The notes beneath the pieces are model-generated. The model saw nothing but the letters and a program-made list of their open reading frames with translations, was not told where the DNA came from and made no database searches. From the NCBI GenBank assembly GCA_963761305.1, contig CAVXGK010000001.1:1152001-1216000 (forward strand): a stretch of 64,000 nucleotides of DNA. Direction: 5' to 3'. Position 1 is the first letter of the stretch; each line of letters starts with the position of its first letter. The stretch is from an uncultured Gemmatimonadaceae bacterium (lineage in GTDB: Bacteria > Gemmatimonadota > Gemmatimonadetes > Gemmatimonadales > Gemmatimonadaceae). The position numbers and the translations under genes were made by a program. Of the stretch, positions 8,800 through 18,404 are shown piece after piece.

Positions 8800-8990
8800 C
8801 TACCTCTCGGGCAGCTCTCGAATCCATCGGTCGATTCCGTCGGCCACGCGCGGGTCCGTCTCGCCTGGGTACCCGAACGCGTCCGGGACCGTAACCTCGG
8901 GCGGCACGACCTTGAACATGTGCGTCACGTCGGGCACAAAGAGGTAGGTAGTCTGCGCGCCGCTGCCGGGGCGCGCGCGCAATGCGTCGC
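8800..8990 (-). pseudogene. Probable C-terminal remnant of an alpha/beta hydrolase
   Basis: TYLFVPDVTHMFK...DPRVADGIDRWI resembles the catalytic-His strand and final helix; no N-terminal part is present. Confidence 0.4.
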
Positions 8991-9011
8991 GCGACGGCGA
9001 ACGCGGCTGGA

Positions 9012-9446
9012 CTATCCGGCGCGAACAACCCTCTCCAGAACCGGAAGAGCGTTCGATAGCGCGGAGCGCTCCGACTTCGACAGCGCGGCGAGCGAAGCGG
9101 CGAGCGTAGCGACGCGGCGTCGGCGGCCCGCGTGGAGCAGCTTGATCCCCTGTGGCGTGGCGGCGACGCGCGAGATGCGGCCGTCCGTCGGGTCCGACGC
9201 ACGCTCCACGAGGCCCGCCGCCTCGAGTTTGTCGACCAAACGCGTGATCGTCGGCGGCCGGACCTGCTCGGCGGTCGCCAAGGCGCCGAGCGTGAGCGGG
9301 CCGCCGAAGACGATCACCGAGAGCGCCGACAACTGCGGCGCGGGGAGGCCGGAGGCATCGTCTTCCCGGCGGAGACGGCGCAGGAGATGGATCGCCGAAG
9401 AGTGGAGCCGGTCGGCGAGGTCGTGGGTCGACGCGGTGCTTGTCAT
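9012..9446 (-). CDS. MarR family transcriptional regulator
   Basis: PTITRLVDKLEAAGLVER..DPTDGR winged-helix motif. Confidence 0.93.
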   Translation of the reverse strand: MTSTASTHDLADRLHSSAIHLLRRLRREDDASGLPAPQLSALSVIVFGGPLTLGALATAEQVRPPTITRLVDKLEAAGLVERASDPTDGRISRVAATPQGIKLLHAGRRRRVATLAASLAALSKSERSALSNALPVLERVVRAG

Positions 9447-9488
9447 TAGCTCGGCTAAGTATTATGATCGATCGTTAGCTGAACTAAC
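9446..9488. promoter_or_regulatory. Two TTAG-N5-CTAA palindromes (putative MarR operators)
   Basis: TTAGC-TCG-GCTAA (9446-9458) and GTTAG-CTGAA-CTAAC (9474-9488) between divergent marR and VOC genes. Confidence 0.7.
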
Positions 9489-9545
9489 TAATTACGCAGG
9501 CTGCCCGGCGGCAAGATCGGGCGGCGTTCACCGGAGGGTTCGACC

Positions 9546-9923
9546 GTGGCAAACCTCGCCAAATCCCGCATCGGCCAGATCGCCGTCGTCTGCAAGAACG
9601 TCGCGCGCGCCTCCACATTCTATCGCGACGTGCTCGGGCTCCCACACCTGTTCGACGCGGGGCCGAATCTGTCGTTCTTCAACTGCGGCGGAACACGACT
9701 CATGCTGACCACGGCGGAGCGGCCGCAAGACGACCACCTCAGCTCGATTCTCTATTACTTCGTCGAGAACATCGAGGGGGTCCAGAGTGAACTGGAGAGC
9801 AAGGGCGTGCATTTCACCAACGCGGCGCACCTGGTCGCGAAGATGCCGGACCACGAGCTGTGGCTCTCTGAGTTCAGCGACTCCGAAGGCAACGCGCTGG
9901 CGCTGATGGAAGAAAAGCGATAG
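9546..9923 (+). CDS. VOC/glyoxalase family protein
   Basis: IGQIAV, FYRDVLGL, FSDSEGNALALME; GGAGG RBS. Confidence 0.92.
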   Translation: MANLAKSRIGQIAVVCKNVARASTFYRDVLGLPHLFDAGPNLSFFNCGGTRLMLTTAERPQDDHLSSILYYFVENIEGVQSELESKGVHFTNAAHLVAKMPDHELWLSEFSDSEGNALALMEEKR

Positions 9924-9932
9924 GCGCGTTGC

Positions 9933-10589
9933 TCACTTCCCGGCCAAACAGATCCCCACTTTGAACGGTGGCAGCCCCGCGTCCTCTCGCCGCATGTCCG
10001 CGTGCGCCGAGTCTTCCATCGGCGCCAGCTCGACCTTGCCGTGGGCGCCGACCTTGAATTGCGTGCCGTAGATCTGCTTGCGGCCCCAGACGAGCCGCAT
10101 GCGATCCTCGAACGTCGCGACATCGGCCGCCGGCGATTCGGACGGGCCCGCTTCCATCATGCGATGCAGCACATTGCGCGCGAGGCCCGTGTCGCTCTGT
10201 GAGAGCAGATACACCGCGTGCACGCCCGCCGCGCCGACGACGCTGCGCGTCGGCCACGTGCTCCCGCGCTGCGCGGCCAGCGCCTTGAGCTGCGCCGTCA
10301 TCTGCGCGGCCGTCGCACCGAGCGCCGGTTCCCTGCCCTCCACCTGCACGCCGAGTTGCACCGGCGCCGCGAGCGCGGATCCGAGACCGGCGGCCCGCAA
10401 CAGCGCCGTGCGGAGCGTGTCGTCGCTCCAATCGTGCTTGGAGTCGTCGAAGAACTCGGCTTGTCGCTGCACCCACGCGTCGCCGGGCTTCCAATTGCAC
10501 TCCTGCGCCGACGTCCTGGCCGATATGGACTGGGCGCTCGCGGCGAGCGGCGCGAGAGCGAGCGCGGCGAGTGGGAGCATGCGGTTCAT
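9933..10589 (-). CDS. Secreted protein, DUF6624-like
   Basis: Signal peptide; C-terminal EDRMRLVWGRKQIYGTQF...PMED..ADMRREDAGLPP. Confidence 0.7.
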   Translation of the reverse strand: MNRMLPLAALALAPLAASAQSISARTSAQECNWKPGDAWVQRQAEFFDDSKHDWSDDTLRTALLRAAGLGSALAAPVQLGVQVEGREPALGATAAQMTAQLKALAAQRGSTWPTRSVVGAAGVHAVYLLSQSDTGLARNVLHRMMEAGPSESPAADVATFEDRMRLVWGRKQIYGTQFKVGAHGKVELAPMEDSAHADMRREDAGLPPFKVGICLAGK

Positions 10590-11314
10590 TGGGCCATCGG
10601 CGTCACGGTGTAGTCGTCGAACTCGATCATGCTGTCCGTCTTGGACCACACGCCGATCTTGCCGGAGACCGGATGCGGCAGCGTGTAGTCGTGCATCGGC
10701 TTGTCGTCGAGCCACGATTTGAGCGACGTGCCGTGGACGCTGATCTTGAGCGTGTGCCACGTCCCGAGTTCCAGCGGCGTGAGCGTCGGCGCGCGATTCA
10801 CGAACTTCCGCACCCCGTTGTTGAACGTCCACAACACGACGTTGTCCTCGGTGCCATTGTAGCGAACCGTGAGATAGTCGCCGTTGGGCTTGACGTCGAA
10901 CAAGATGCCGGCGCACCGGTCGAGCGTGCCGCCGAGCATCTGGAAGCGAACCGAGATCTCGCCGTTCTCGAAGTTGTCGAGGCCTTTGTAGACGGCGATC
11001 GGATAGTACGCGAACGCCTTGATGCTCTCGATGAAATCCTCGTTGCGCGCGCCGTACAGCTCGCGCGCCTTGTCGGCGAGTCCGCCCGCCGGCTGTCCGC
11101 GCTTCCACACGCGACCGTCGATGAACAGCACCTTGTGGCCGGCGTCCTCCGACATCACCCAGCTGCCGACCATCGGCGCGAACGACTTGGGCTCCTTCCC
11201 CACCGCCTCGCTCGCGAAGCTCACGCGCTTCGTCGCCGACGCATCCGCCGGCGCTTGCGCCGCGGCCACGCCCGCGACCAACAGCAGACCGCCGGTCAGC
11301 ATTCCATTCCGCAT
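10586..11314 (-). CDS. Secreted beta-sandwich protein (DUF1080/ConA-like)
   Basis: Signal peptide; AGILF, WHTLKISVHG, GKIGVWSK, FDD. Confidence 0.7.
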   Translation of the reverse strand: MRNGMLTGGLLLVAGVAAAQAPADASATKRVSFASEAVGKEPKSFAPMVGSWVMSEDAGHKVLFIDGRVWKRGQPAGGLADKARELYGARNEDFIESIKAFAYYPIAVYKGLDNFENGEISVRFQMLGGTLDRCAGILFDVKPNGDYLTVRYNGTEDNVVLWTFNNGVRKFVNRAPTLTPLELGTWHTLKISVHGTSLKSWLDDKPMHDYTLPHPVSGKIGVWSKTDSMIEFDDYTVTPMAQ

Positions 11315-11373
11315 TCCGAAAACCTCGTCGAAAACGCCCGTCATCGGCCACCTACCACTCGAACAGACAATCC

Positions 11374-12735
11374 TCAACTGACGACCGCCGCCGCAGCATC
11401 TCGCCGCCGACGTCCCTTCGGCCGAGCGACGAGCCACCACGCAACGATCACCAACATCGGCCACGCCACGAAGAATATCCACGGCGCCGCCGCGACCCGC
11501 TTCGCCAACGGATATCCTCGATACGCCGGCTCGTCAACCGGCGTTGGCGCCGCGACGCCGGCGAGCCCGTACACCGTCTCGAGCACGATCTCCTCGGTGG
11601 TCGATCGATTCATCTCGCGGCGCCCGCCAAGCTCGTACCACACTTCGCCATAGTGGCCGCTCGAATTCTCGAACAACCCGCTGCGACTCTGCGCCGCGTA
11701 GTCGACGGTCACCGATCGCATCGTCCGGCGCAGTTTGGCGAGCACGCCGCGATCGAGATCGGTCAGGCGGGGATCCTCGGCGGCCAGATAGACCGTGACG
11801 GTGAGCGGCGCGTCGATGCGACGCAACACGGCGTCGTCGGCGCGCGAAAAGGAATTGCGGCGATCTTCGCTCACGTCGCGGTCGACGCGAACGTGCGCGA
11901 ACAACACGCAGGCGAGCGACGCCGCGATCAGCGTCGCCGCGACGCCGATCACCCGGCGCGTCACGCTGCGTCCTTCGCGCAGCCACGCGGCGGCCACGCC
12001 GAGCCCCGCGACGCCGATCGTCGCCAGCACCAGCACCGTGGAGACGCGCAAGTCGCCGTGCTCGAACGACGCCAGCGCGGACGTCGGCGTGTACTGCGCG
12101 ATCGCGGCGATCGTGCCGCCGCGCGCGGCGGCCACATAGTCGAGCGCCCATGTCCCGATCGTTACCGTGAGCGCGATGATCGCGGCGCTCGCGGCGCTCG
12201 CCGCGAGCGCACCGGCCGCCGCCCCGATGCCGATCGCCAGGGCGCCCCGCAGCAGGTAGCCGAGAATGACAGTGACTGTCTCCGGGGCGTATAGATGTCC
12301 ACCGATCGCCGCCCACGCCGCGAACGCGATCCCGCCGGCGATGAGCGCCACGCTCCACGCGAACAGCAACACGATGCCCTTCGCGACGATCGACGCGCCG
12401 AGTCGCGTCGGCGCCTGAAGCATGAGCGACAGCGCGCCGGTTTGCTTTTCGACCGCGACCAGCCGGATCACGACGAACGGAAACAGCAGCGTCGCGGCCA
12501 GATCGTACGCGCCGAGTGTCGGTACCACGATGCCTTCGAGCGGGCTCAGCCCCTGCGACAATGCCAACGGTCCGCCACCGATGCCGCTCGCTTCGGCGTA
12601 CAGCCCGGAAGCCGACAGAATCGCGTGGCCAACGAGCGCGCCGGTCACAATGAGCAACAGCCAGAACGCCCGTGACGCTCCCAGCTCGCGGAGTTCTTTC
12701 TCGAGGAGCCAGCGCCACTCTCTACGTGAGGGCAA
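11374..12735 (-). CDS. ABC-2 type permease fused to GldG-like extracytoplasmic domain
   Basis: EKQTGALSLML ABC-2 motif, multiple TMs, DVSEDRRNSFS motif. Confidence 0.8.
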   Translation of the reverse strand: MPSRREWRWLLEKELRELGASRAFWLLLIVTGALVGHAILSASGLYAEASGIGGGPLALSQGLSPLEGIVVPTLGAYDLAATLLFPFVVIRLVAVEKQTGALSLMLQAPTRLGASIVAKGIVLLFAWSVALIAGGIAFAAWAAIGGHLYAPETVTVILGYLLRGALAIGIGAAAGALAASAASAAIIALTVTIGTWALDYVAAARGGTIAAIAQYTPTSALASFEHGDLRVSTVLVLATIGVAGLGVAAAWLREGRSVTRRVIGVAATLIAASLACVLFAHVRVDRDVSEDRRNSFSRADDAVLRRIDAPLTVTVYLAAEDPRLTDLDRGVLAKLRRTMRSVTVDYAAQSRSGLFENSSGHYGEVWYELGGRREMNRSTTEEIVLETVYGLAGVAAPTPVDEPAYRGYPLAKRVAAAPWIFFVAWPMLVIVAWWLVARPKGRRRRDAAAAVVS

Positions 12736-13480
12736 GAAAAACCTCCTCGAGCCCTCCGGCCGCCAGACCGGCGCGCGCGCGCAGTTCGTCGAGCGTTCCC
12801 TCTCCGGCGACGCGTCCCGCGCTCAGCAGCACGAACCGGTCGCACACGCGCTCGGCGTCGCCCAGTTGGTGAATCGAGAGAAAGAGCGTGCGACGCGCGG
12901 TGTGTTGGCGCAGCACCGTCATCGCGTCGCGCGTCTGCCGAAGATCGAGCCCGTCGAACGGCTCGTCGAGCATCAGCAGGGGGTGCGGCGTGAGCAGGCC
13001 GATGGCGAGCATCACGCGCCGATGCTCGCCCTTGGACAGCTCGCGCAATCGCGCGTCGATGAGCGGGTCAAGTCCGAGCGCCGACGATACGGCGTCGACC
13101 TTCGCAGGCGGAGCGCCGTGCAGACCGGCGATGAAGCGCAGTGTCCACTCGACCGACTGGTCGCCCCATGGACGAACGCCGTCGGGAACGAAAAAGAGAA
13201 GCCGCTTCCGATCGTCCGGTGAAATCGGCTTCGCGTCCCGTTCGACGACGCCAAGGGTGGTGGGTGCGACTCCGGCGAGACACTGAAAGAGCGTCGTCTT
13301 GCCTGAGCCGTTCGGACCGATCAAACCGAGAATCTCGCCCGCGCGGATCGAGAAGCTCGCGCCGCGAAGCGCCCAGAACGGTCCGAAGCGCTTTGAGAGA
13401 TTGTCGGCGGTCACGACGTCGAAGGCGCGCGCCCCCGCGTGAAGTCCCTCGCGCGCGACCGGAGCGGACGCTTGTGCCAT
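12722..13480 (-). CDS. ABC transporter ATP-binding protein
   Basis: GPNGSGKTT, LSKGE, LMLDEPFDGLD, H-loop SIHQL. Confidence 0.95.
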   Translation of the reverse strand: MAQASAPVAREGLHAGARAFDVVTADNLSKRFGPFWALRGASFSIRAGEILGLIGPNGSGKTTLFQCLAGVAPTTLGVVERDAKPISPDDRKRLLFFVPDGVRPWGDQSVEWTLRFIAGLHGAPPAKVDAVSSALGLDPLIDARLRELSKGEHRRVMLAIGLLTPHPLLMLDEPFDGLDLRQTRDAMTVLRQHTARRTLFLSIHQLGDAERVCDRFVLLSAGRVAGEGTLDELRARAGLAAGGLEEVFLALT

Positions 13481-13579
13481 TGCCGCGAATTGTCGCCGGA
13501 GGCGCGACGCGGTGCAATGGCGCGCGATCGGCGCCTCGGGTCTGGCAGCCGCGCGTCCCCGCGGCGTAGCTTGGCTGAC

Positions 13580-14317
13580 ATGCGGATTCTCCTGGCCGAG
13601 GACGACCGGCAGCTCCGACTCTCCATCGCGCGCGGCTTGCGCGAGGCCTCGTACGCGGTCGACCAGGCGGGCACGGGACCGCAGGCGCTGTTGCTCGCCT
13701 CGGCGAATCCGTACGACGCCGTGATCCTCGACGTGCTGCTGCCCGGAAAAAGCGGCGTCGTCGTGTGCTCCGACCTGCGCCGAAGCGGGAACGCGGTGCC
13801 GATTCTCGTCCTCACCGCGCTCGACGGCGTGGATCGGCGCATCGAGGGGCTCGACGCCGGCGCCGACGACTATCTCACGAAGCCGTTCGACTTCGGTGAG
13901 CTGCTGGCGCGCCTCCGGGCGCTGACGCGGCGGCGCGGCCCGGTCGCACCGGCGACGGTCGCGGTGGGCGATCTCGTGATCGACACGTTGCGCCGGACCG
14001 TGCATCGCAACCGGCGTGAGATCGCCCTCACGCGAAAGGAGTTCGCCTTCCTCCTGCATCTCGCCCGCAACGCCGGCCGCGTGATCGACCGCGCCGAGTT
14101 GATGGAGCACGTCTGGGATGATGCGCAGAACACGTACTCGAACATCATCGACGTGTACGCGAGCCGCCTGCGGCGGAAGATCGACGAAGGCGAAAAAGTG
14201 GCCCTGTTCAAGACGATTCGCGGAACGGGATTCATGCTGGACGCCCCGTCGACGCCGTCCCGGCGCGCCGCCCCCGCGCCGTTCACTCGCGCGAAGTCCA
14301 CACGCGAGCGAGGCTGA
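13580..14317 (+). CDS. OmpR-family response regulator
   Basis: MRILLAEDD, VILDVLLP, GADDYLTKPF, LRRKID, TIRGTGF. Confidence 0.96.
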   Translation: MRILLAEDDRQLRLSIARGLREASYAVDQAGTGPQALLLASANPYDAVILDVLLPGKSGVVVCSDLRRSGNAVPILVLTALDGVDRRIEGLDAGADDYLTKPFDFGELLARLRALTRRRGPVAPATVAVGDLVIDTLRRTVHRNRREIALTRKEFAFLLHLARNAGRVIDRAELMEHVWDDAQNTYSNIIDVYASRLRRKIDEGEKVALFKTIRGTGFMLDAPSTPSRRAAPAPFTRAKSTRERG

Positions 14318-14327
14318 CGAGGTCATC

Positions 14328-15833
14328 GTGGCTCGCTGGCCGTCGACGCTGCGCGCGCGTCTCTCGCTCTGGTACACCGTGCTGCTCGGCGTCCCGCTGA
14401 TCGGGCTCGCGCTCGGCTTCTACCTCCTGTTTGCGCGAATTCTGCACGAGCGTACCGACCAGTTCCTCGACGACGCGCTCACGGCGTTCTCGCGCGAACT
14501 GGTCGCCGAGCGTCGCGCGGCGCTGTCGCCGACGGCGGCGATCCGCACCACCGTGAACGAGGTGCGGTTTCAGGAATTGCGCATCGCGGTGCTCGACAGC
14601 AGCGGTGCCGTCGTGGCGACCTCTCCGGCGAGCGAGCTTGACGCGGACGCGGACCGCGAGCACGACGCCGATAGCCGGCCGCCCGACGCGCTCAGCGAGC
14701 AAGTGGCAGCCGCATTGCGTGGACGCACACCGGCGCAGTGGCGGTCGCTAACGTTGGCCAGCGCCCACGGCGACTATCTCGTGTCGGGACGTCCGCTCAC
14801 CATCGACGGGCAGCGTTTCGTGCTCACCGGCGCGTATTCGCTGCGCGACACGGAGGCCGTGGTCGACCGCGTGCGCGAGATACTCCTCCTCGCGGTGCCA
14901 CTGATTCTTCTCGGCGCGATCACCGGCGGCTACTTCCTCGCCACGCGCAATCTGGTGCCGCTCTCGGCGATGGCGGCCCGCGCGGCGGAGATCAGTGCGG
15001 CGAACCTGCAGGATCGTCTGCCGGTGGCCGGCGGCGAGGAGCTCGCCGGCTTGGCTCGCGTCGTGAATGGGCTGCTCGATCGGCTCGAGGCGTCGTTCGG
15101 GCAGCAGCGCCGGTTCATGGCCGACGCGTCACACGAATTGCGCACGCCGACGGCGATCGTGCGGACCGAAGCCGACGTCACGCTGGCACAACCGAGTCGA
15201 CCCGAGGGCGATTATCGCGCGTCGCTCGCCGTCGTGCAGGGCGCCGCGCGCCGGATGACGCGCATCGTCGACGACCTCCTGCTGCTGGCGCGTGCCGACG
15301 CGGGCGTCACCGTGGAGCACCGCGAGCACGTCTACCTCGAGGAGGTCGTGCACGACGTCACCAGCGACGTGCGGCGGCTGGCCGAGAGTCGACGCGTGCG
15401 CGTGGAACTGGCGTCGGTGGTCGACGCGCCGATTTTCGCCGACGCCGATTTGGTCGGACGCCTCCTCCTCAATCTGCTCGACAACGCGATCAAGCACTCC
15501 CCCGAGGGGAGCGCGGTGCGGATCGAGATGGCGCGGCGCGGAAACACGTGCGAAGTGCGCGTCGCCGACGCAGGCAGCGGCATTCCAGCCGACGTGCAGC
15601 CCAAGGTCTTCGAGCGCTTCTTCCGGGCCGACGCGTCGCGGCTGGCAGGCGACCAACGGACCGCGGGTGAGCTCGAGCCTGCCGGGGCGAGCGGCGCGGG
15701 GCTCGGACTGGCCATCGCGCGGCGCATCGCCGAGGTGCACGGGGGCCGGCTCGATCTGGTCGAATCGCGGCCGGGGCGAACCGAATTTTGCCTCTCCCTG
15801 CCGCTCGATCCCGGGATCGCGCCCGCGGGCTGA
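14328..15833 (+). CDS. Sensor histidine kinase (HAMP-HisKA-HATPase, CusS/CzcS-like layout)
   Basis: FMADASHELRTP, NLLDNAIKH, DAGSGI, FERFFR, GAGLGLAI. Confidence 0.95.
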   Translation: MARWPSTLRARLSLWYTVLLGVPLIGLALGFYLLFARILHERTDQFLDDALTAFSRELVAERRAALSPTAAIRTTVNEVRFQELRIAVLDSSGAVVATSPASELDADADREHDADSRPPDALSEQVAAALRGRTPAQWRSLTLASAHGDYLVSGRPLTIDGQRFVLTGAYSLRDTEAVVDRVREILLLAVPLILLGAITGGYFLATRNLVPLSAMAARAAEISAANLQDRLPVAGGEELAGLARVVNGLLDRLEASFGQQRRFMADASHELRTPTAIVRTEADVTLAQPSRPEGDYRASLAVVQGAARRMTRIVDDLLLLARADAGVTVEHREHVYLEEVVHDVTSDVRRLAESRRVRVELASVVDAPIFADADLVGRLLLNLLDNAIKHSPEGSAVRIEMARRGNTCEVRVADAGSGIPADVQPKVFERFFRADASRLAGDQRTAGELEPAGASGAGLGLAIARRIAEVHGGRLDLVESRPGRTEFCLSLPLDPGIAPAG

Positions 15834-15840
15834 ACCACCC

Positions 15841-15891
15841 TTGCCGGGCTTTTCCCACGCCGGTAGAATGGCGTTCATGAATTATTCATGA
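15841..15891 (+). promoter_or_regulatory. Sigma70-like promoter (TTGCCG-N17-TAGAAT) with perfect palindrome TCATGAAT-T-ATTCATGA at about +1
   Basis: Seen directly upstream of the TonB-dependent receptor gene. Confidence 0.7.
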
Positions 15892-15933
15892 TCGCCCGTT
15901 TTCCCCCCTTCCTTCACAGAAAATCCGGACCGT

Positions 15934-18273
15934 ATGAAGCGACTCTTGTTTGCAGTGCTCCTGCTGGTCGTTCCCGTCGCGGCGCGCGCGCAGGTCACCG
16001 TGCGCGGCACGGTCGTCGACAAACAGACCGGCAATCCGGTGGCGAACGCCATCGTCACGGTGACCGGTACGACGACGGCCGCCGTGGCGAACGATTCCGG
16101 CCGGTTCGTCCTCACGTCGTCCAGCGCCGTCACGAGCCTCACCGTGACGCGCGTCGGCTACGCGGAAAAGGTCGTATCGATCACCACCGTCGAAGCGGCG
16201 CTGCGCGTCGAGATGACCGTCGCGACGGTCGAGCTACCCGGCGTCCACATCGTCGCGTCCAACCCCGCGCCGTCGACGGCGGTGCTGTCGCAGAGCGACT
16301 TGAATCGCGCCAGCGGTCTCAGTCTGTCAGACGCGATCAACACGATTCCCGGCGTGTTCATGCAGTCCCGCACGCCGTACGGCGGCGCGCACATCAACAT
16401 TCGCGGCTACTACCCGAGCGTGAGCGGCAACAGCCCGAACTCCAACGGCGAAGGCTATTCCGTTTTCCTCAACTACATCCCGATCACCGACGCCACCGGC
16501 ACGACGGTGATGGACGACATCGACTTCTCGACGCTCGGCAAGGTCGAGGTGATCAAGGGCCCCGCATCGAGCCTGTACGGTTCGTTCATCGGCGGCGCCG
16601 TGAACCTGTCGACGGCGCGCCCGACGCCGAATCAGACGAGCGCGATGCAGCAAGTGCTCACCGGCGGCGACGGGATCATGCGCACCAACTCGACGCTGAT
16701 GGGCGCCAGCGAGAACTCGGATTACGTCATCAACTACGGATTCCAGACCGACACGTCGTGGCGCCGGCACAGCCAGTCGCAAAAGACCTACGTGCGTGCG
16801 AGCGGCGACTTCGGCGTCGCCGCCAACCAGACGGTGTCGGCGTACTTCTCCTACAACCGGTCGCTCGAGGATCTCGCCGGTGAAATCGACAGCGTGGACT
16901 TCTACGCACGGCGGCCGGTGAGCGATTCGTTCTACGTCTCGAACAACTCGCACATCCAGATCACGAGCTGGTTCACCGGCGCGACGGACAACTTCCACAT
17001 CAACGACCACTTCAACAACCTGACGACGGTGTTCGTCGGCAGCCGGTTCTCCGATCAGCCGATCGCCCACGGCTTCACCGACGCGACGCAGCTCAACGGC
17101 GGCGGCCGCACGCAGTTCGGCTACATCGGCCAGCTCGGCGACGCGACGGTGAACGGCGTCCTTGGCGGCATGATGCAGCGGTCGAACGTCACCAGCGCCG
17201 GCGCCAACATCGGCCACACGGCGCCGTTCGCCGAAACGCCGAGCACCACCGAGAACTTCGCGCAGAACTTCTACCTGTTCTCCGAATGGACGTTCGGTCT
17301 GCCCTCGCAGATCACCGTGACCGGTGGCGGGTCGCTGATCTACGACACCTGGCAGGTGCACAACCTGCTGGTGGCCCAGAAGATCGCCGACACGATTCCG
17401 CCGACGCAGTGGCTCACCAAGGACTTCAAGCCGACCTTCGCGCCGCGCTTGTCGGTGACCAAGGGCCTCGGCTCCGCCGGATCGCTCTACGCCAGCTGGA
17501 GCACGGGTTTCGCGCCGCCGCTGCTCAACAGCATCACGGCCAGCAACGGCACCGTCAACACGAATCTCAAGCCGGAACGCGCCACCCAGTACGAGGTCGG
17601 CGCCCAGGGCACGCTGTTTTCGCGGCTCGGCGGCCAGATTTCGCTGTTCAACATCGACAATACGAACAAGCTGATCCAGCAATCGGTGGGCGGCGTGACG
17701 TCGACGACCAACGTCGGCGAGCAGCGCAACCGCGGCGCCGAACTGTCGGCGAGCTTCCTCGCGATCTCGGATTCCGCCGCCCCGCTGTCGACGCTTCGGC
17801 CGTGGGTGTCGTACACGTACACCGACGCGAAGTACCTCAGCTACTTCAGCGACAACAACAACACCGCGGCGACGGTGAACTTCTCCGGCAACGCGGTGGC
17901 GCGCGTCCCGAAGACGATGTACGCCCTCGGCATCGACGCGGCCTCGAACTCGGGCCTGTACTTCAATAGCACCTACAACTTCGTCGACCGCGTCCCGGTG
18001 ACGTTCGACAACTCGACGTGGGTGCATTCGTACAGCCTGCTCGGCGCGAAGATCGGCTATCGCAACACGATCAGCCACCGGTGGCTGCTCAACGCCTACG
18101 TCGGCGGCGACAACCTGACGAATCAGACGTACTACACGTTCCTGTTCGTCGGACCGAACTACGCGGGTCTCGCGCAGGCGCAGGACGGCGGGTCGGGTGA
18201 CGGCTACATCCTCCCCGGCAACCCGAACCACGTGTTCTACGCCGGTGTGAATCTTTCGTACATCATCAAATAG
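15934..18273 (+). CDS. TonB-dependent receptor with N-terminal carboxypeptidase-regulatory-like domain
   Basis: Signal peptide; VRGTVVDKQTG; plug VEVIKGPASSLYG; NLKPERATQYEVG; C-terminal beta strand. Confidence 0.95.
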   Translation: MKRLLFAVLLLVVPVAARAQVTVRGTVVDKQTGNPVANAIVTVTGTTTAAVANDSGRFVLTSSSAVTSLTVTRVGYAEKVVSITTVEAALRVEMTVATVELPGVHIVASNPAPSTAVLSQSDLNRASGLSLSDAINTIPGVFMQSRTPYGGAHINIRGYYPSVSGNSPNSNGEGYSVFLNYIPITDATGTTVMDDIDFSTLGKVEVIKGPASSLYGSFIGGAVNLSTARPTPNQTSAMQQVLTGGDGIMRTNSTLMGASENSDYVINYGFQTDTSWRRHSQSQKTYVRASGDFGVAANQTVSAYFSYNRSLEDLAGEIDSVDFYARRPVSDSFYVSNNSHIQITSWFTGATDNFHINDHFNNLTTVFVGSRFSDQPIAHGFTDATQLNGGGRTQFGYIGQLGDATVNGVLGGMMQRSNVTSAGANIGHTAPFAETPSTTENFAQNFYLFSEWTFGLPSQITVTGGGSLIYDTWQVHNLLVAQKIADTIPPTQWLTKDFKPTFAPRLSVTKGLGSAGSLYASWSTGFAPPLLNSITASNGTVNTNLKPERATQYEVGAQGTLFSRLGGQISLFNIDNTNKLIQQSVGGVTSTTNVGEQRNRGAELSASFLAISDSAAPLSTLRPWVSYTYTDAKYLSYFSDNNNTAATVNFSGNAVARVPKTMYALGIDAASNSGLYFNSTYNFVDRVPVTFDNSTWVHSYSLLGAKIGYRNTISHRWLLNAYVGGDNLTNQTYYTFLFVGPNYAGLAQAQDGGSGDGYILPGNPNHVFYAGVNLSYIIK

Positions 18274-18286
18274 CCCGCAGGGAGTT

Positions 18287-18314
18287 GCAGGACGCAGGAC
18301 GCAGCACGCGGGGC
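18287..18314. repeat. Short 7-bp tandem repeat (GCAGGAC)x4, degenerate
   Basis: gcaggac gcaggac gcagcac gcggggc after the receptor stop codon. Confidence 0.55.
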
Positions 18315-18404
18315 GCGTCTGTTGGTGTTTGCGCAACGAGGGCCCACGTCGCACTTCCGCGGCGTGGGCGCTCGTATTTTCCGGTACCTGCTCGACGGCA
18401 CTCG

